DNA of 52,406 nucleotides, from assembly GCF_001194135.2 (NCBI RefSeq), contig NC_069000.1, positions 10,284,540 to 10,336,945 of the forward strand, in the 5' to 3' direction. Under the pieces are notes generated by a model. The model saw only the letters and a list, made by a program, of their open reading frames with translations, did no database searches and was not told the DNA's origin. This stretch comes from Octopus bimaculoides. Taxonomy: Eukaryota. A program made the position numbers and the translations under genes. This document shows positions 49,110 through 52,406 of this stretch, one piece after another (position 1 is the stretch's first letter; every line of letters begins with the position of its first letter).

Positions 49110-49498
49110 GGAGTGGCTGTGTGGTAAGTAGCTTGCTTACCAACCACATGGTTCCGGGTTCAGTCCCATTGCGCGGCAGCTTGGGCAAGTGTCTTCTACT
49201 ATAGCCTCGGGCCGACCAAAGCCTTGTGAGTGGATTTGGTAGACGAACACTGAAAGAAGCCCGTTGTATATATGTATGTGTATGTGTGTGTTTGTGTGTC
49301 TGTGTTTGTCCCCCCCCCCAACATCGCTTGACAACTGATGCTGGTGTGTTTACGTCCCCGTCACTTAGCGGTTCGGCAAAAAGAGACCGATAGAATAAGT
49401 ACTAGGCTTACAAAGAATAAGTCCTGGGGTCGATTTGCTCAACTAAAGGCGGTGCTCCAGCATGGCCGCAGTCAAATGACTGAAAAGAGTAAAAGAGG
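49110..49498 (+). mobile_element. SINE family A, best-preserved full-length copy
   Basis: ggagtggctgtgtggtaagtagcttgcttaccaaccacatggttccgggttcagtccc (A and B boxes) to gactgaaaagagtaaaagag. Confidence 0.92.
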
Positions 49499-49679
49499 AA
49501 GTAGAGAGGCACTACGGGATCTGTAAGTTCAAATGTTGCTGCATGCATCGCATCGTACCCAACACTCAACTTGACTCTATTGCTAAGAGAGTTGGCATTA
49601 GGAAGATCTTACATCTCATATCTTAATGCAGAGAAGATCAAAGATGGGAACTATAATTTTTTTTTTCTTTTATGGTTTG

Positions 49680-50045
49680 CTTATTTCACCCATTCAACTG
49701 CAATTGTGCTTGGGAGCCCCTTGAAAAAAAATCGACCCCAGAATTTACTTTTGTTTTATAAGTCTGGTACTTATTGTATTGGTCTCTTTTGCTGAACCAG
49801 TAAGTTAGGGGGATGTAAACAAACCTACAGCAATGTCCAGCAATGATGATGGACAACACAAACACGAAGACACACATACACAGAATACACAAATATATAC
49901 ATATACAGGGGGCTTTTTTCGGTTTCCGTCTACCAAATCCATTCACAAGGTTTTGGTGAACCTAGGGCTGTAGTAAATAACACCTGACCAAAGAGGCAGA
50001 ACTATGTGGGTGGGAAGCAAGCTTCTTACAACACAGCCATGCCTG
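49680..50045 (-). mobile_element. SINE family A, diverged, inverted relative to 49110
   Basis: atcgaccccag...tttccgtctaccaaatccattcacaagg...aagcaagcttcttacaacacagcc. Confidence 0.8.
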
Positions 50046-50998
50046 TGTGGTTAAAATTATAATACAATGCCCTTAAAAAATGTATTTTCAGGGACATTGT
50101 TTTTGTTTTTTAAATGAGAAATTATATTGTAGTTAGGTCGTTTACATCATACAAAGGGAAACGGTTTTATGTTTTGATAATATTCCATGTGAGGTGAACA
50201 AAACGAAACAAAAAACACAAAAAAAAGCAAAAACAAAAATTAAAATCTGACATACTGTCTTAGTCTATTTGTAAAGCCCTCAGTATTTTATTGCGAAATA
50301 ATTCTCTTACCAAATCTGAGTAGACAGATAACAGAGCAACTAATATTTCAAAAATCTATAAAAAGACAAACAGAATATGATAATAAACAAATAAACAATC
50401 TCTAGACTGGCGGCGCTACAAAGAATATTACATAAAAGCCAACTTCAATCTTCATGGTGAATGTAAACAAAATTTATTGACTAACCAACACTCTGGTTAT
50501 AAAAGCATCGAGAATGGCAAACAGAGACGAAAGACGTGATATTTTTAAAGCGTTGCAACGGATATGGAAGTAATTGTAATAAGAGCAGTCAGAACTCTCT
50601 CACAGTGACACAAACACAAATGCACAATGCTGGCGCTCGTCCAAGTAAATAGTAAAAGTGTGAAGATTTAGAAAGACGTTAGCGGGGAAAATTAAAACAC
50701 TTCATGTTTTACAAGGAATGTTCTCAAAGACTTATTGAAAATAAAACTGGAGGGAGGGGGGAGCAGGTGGGTGGAAGCGAACAAATTATAGTGTCATATG
50801 ATAAGAAAATCCATTTGCCAACTTTAATAATCTAATTAACTTCTAATCAGTAAAAAAATCTATCCAATCATTGTAATATTAAATGGAGGGGGAGATAAGA
50901 GTAGTGAGAGGCAATTAACATTCACATTGCACAAAAAAATTATACAGAATCAATTGGAAAGTTTACCTAGAATGTGCCCTAAGTAGCACTTGGTTACA

Positions 50999-51383
50999 GG
51001 AGTGGCGGTGTGCTAAGTAGCTTGCTTACTAACCACATGATTCCGGGTTCAGTCCCACTGCGTGGCACCTTAAGCACCTTCTGCGTGGCATCTTCTACAA
51101 CAGATTCGGGCCGACCAAAGCCTTGTGAGTGGATTTGGTAGTTAGAAACTAAAAGAAGCTTGTTGTATATATATGTGTGTGTGTGTCAGTGTTTGTCCTC
51201 CGCCCCCAACATCGCTTGACAGCCGATGCTGGTGTGCTTACGACCCCGTAACTCAGCGGTTCGGCAAAACAGACCGATAGAATAAGTACTAGGCTTACAA
51301 AGAATAAGTCCTGGGGGTCAATTTGCTCAACTAATGGTGGTGCTCCAGTATGGCCGCAGTCAAATGAGTGAAACAAGTGAAAG
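50999..51383 (+). mobile_element. SINE family A, full length
   Basis: ggagtggcggtgtgctaagtagcttgc...ccgggttcagtcccactgcgtggcacc...gaaacaagtgaaag. Confidence 0.9.
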
Positions 51384-51412
51384 CGGTGACTGGAATGTAA
51401 TGACTGATATAT

Positions 51413-51816
51413 CTTTTACTTGTTTCAGTCCTTAGAGTGTGGCCATGCTGGGGCACTGTCTTAGAGAAATTTTAGTCAAAGGAATGAACCTCAGTACATT
51501 TTCTTAAAACCTGGAACTTATTCTATCAGTCTCTTTTGCTAAAGTACTATGTTACGGGGATGTAAACAAACCAACACCAATTGTCAAGCAGTGATGGGGG
51601 ACAAACACAGATACAAACACACACAAGCTCACATACACACACACATATATTTATATATACGACAAATTTCTTTTAGTTTCTGTCTACCAAATCCATTCAC
51701 AAAGCTTAGGTCAGTCTAAGACTATGGCAGAAGATGCTTGCCTAATGTGCCACACAGTGAGAATGAACCCAGAACCATGTGGTTAGGAAGCAAACTTATT
51801 ACCACATAGCCATACC
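51413..51816 (-). mobile_element. SINE family A, full length, inverted relative to 50999
   Basis: cttttacttgtttcagtc...gaacccagaaccatgtggttaggaagcaaacttattaccacatagcc. Confidence 0.88.
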
Positions 51817-51841
51817 GGTACAGTCATGTATTCTCTGTTAC

Positions 51842-51965
51842 TCTCTTTTACTTGCATCAGTCATTTGACTGCAGCCATGCTGGAGCACTGCCTTTTAGTA
51901 GAACAAATCAACCCCAGGATTTATTCTTTGTAAGCCCAGTACTTATTCTATTTGTGTATTTTGCT
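51842..51965 (-). mobile_element. SINE family A 3' fragment
   Basis: ctcttttacttgcatcagtcatttgactgcagccatgctggagcactgcc. Confidence 0.8.
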
Positions 51966-52406
51966 GTACCATTTTTCTAAGATGGTACACTGTAATTTGA
52001 GGGAGATTCGACTATTATCTTTTAGCAGGATGAGTAACTATGTAGAGAGCCTCTCCTCATCCCATTAGATCTCAGCTAGAACAAAATCATAATTGCTGAA
52101 TCCAGAATATGAAGACGATGCTGCACATAAGCAGTGACAATTATTTCAAATGGAGAATTTATATAAATCCCAAAGCAGTTATAATATCCTGCTGCTCTGA
52201 CAGAAAAATTAACAACAACTAACTCATATGAAAAAGAGAACAATGGACCACCACCACCACCACCACCACTGCTGCTGCCATTACCACAACTACAGCCACC
52301 ACCATCACAATTTACACCAAAAGGTTAGAGGAATAGAAGGTAATTTGGATGTCTACTGATGCATGTTTAACTTTTTTTAATTTTTTTTTGCTGCAAATAC
52401 TAAAAA

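Noticed and set aside
49110-49185. tRNA-like sequences with A and B boxes (also 3247, 23483, 43300, 50999)
   Set aside because: They are SINE heads: no clean cloverleaf, multiple diverged copies, each continuing into a SINE body

Overview
AT-rich, microsatellite-dense eukaryotic genomic DNA with nine N gaps (3,406 N in total), most abutting simple repeats. The dispersed repeats look, from memory, like Octopus (O. bimaculoides-type draft assembly); this is an inference, not a database result. I find no complete protein-coding gene, no rRNA, no true tRNA, no CRISPR array and nothing prokaryotic. The supplied ORFs are almost all microsatellite, gap or SINE artefacts. Two are real transposon fragments: an RTE LINE C-terminus (5138-5473) and a Tc1 transposase N-terminus (21821-22009). 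The window is an intronic or intergenic patchwork of tRNA-derived SINEs (labelled here A, B, G), a (GAT)n-tailed retroposon end (C), two RTE LINE 3' fragments, TTAA-flanked piggyBac-like MITEs, hAT-like MITEs and a truncated Tc1. The best host-gene trace is one short candidate exon at 4090-4157. I do not see a convincing new biological system. The most notable structures are closely spaced inverted SINE pairs (possible ADAR substrates), a ~47-bp target-site duplication around an RTE fragment, a head-to-tail SINE array and modular SINE head/tail sharing.
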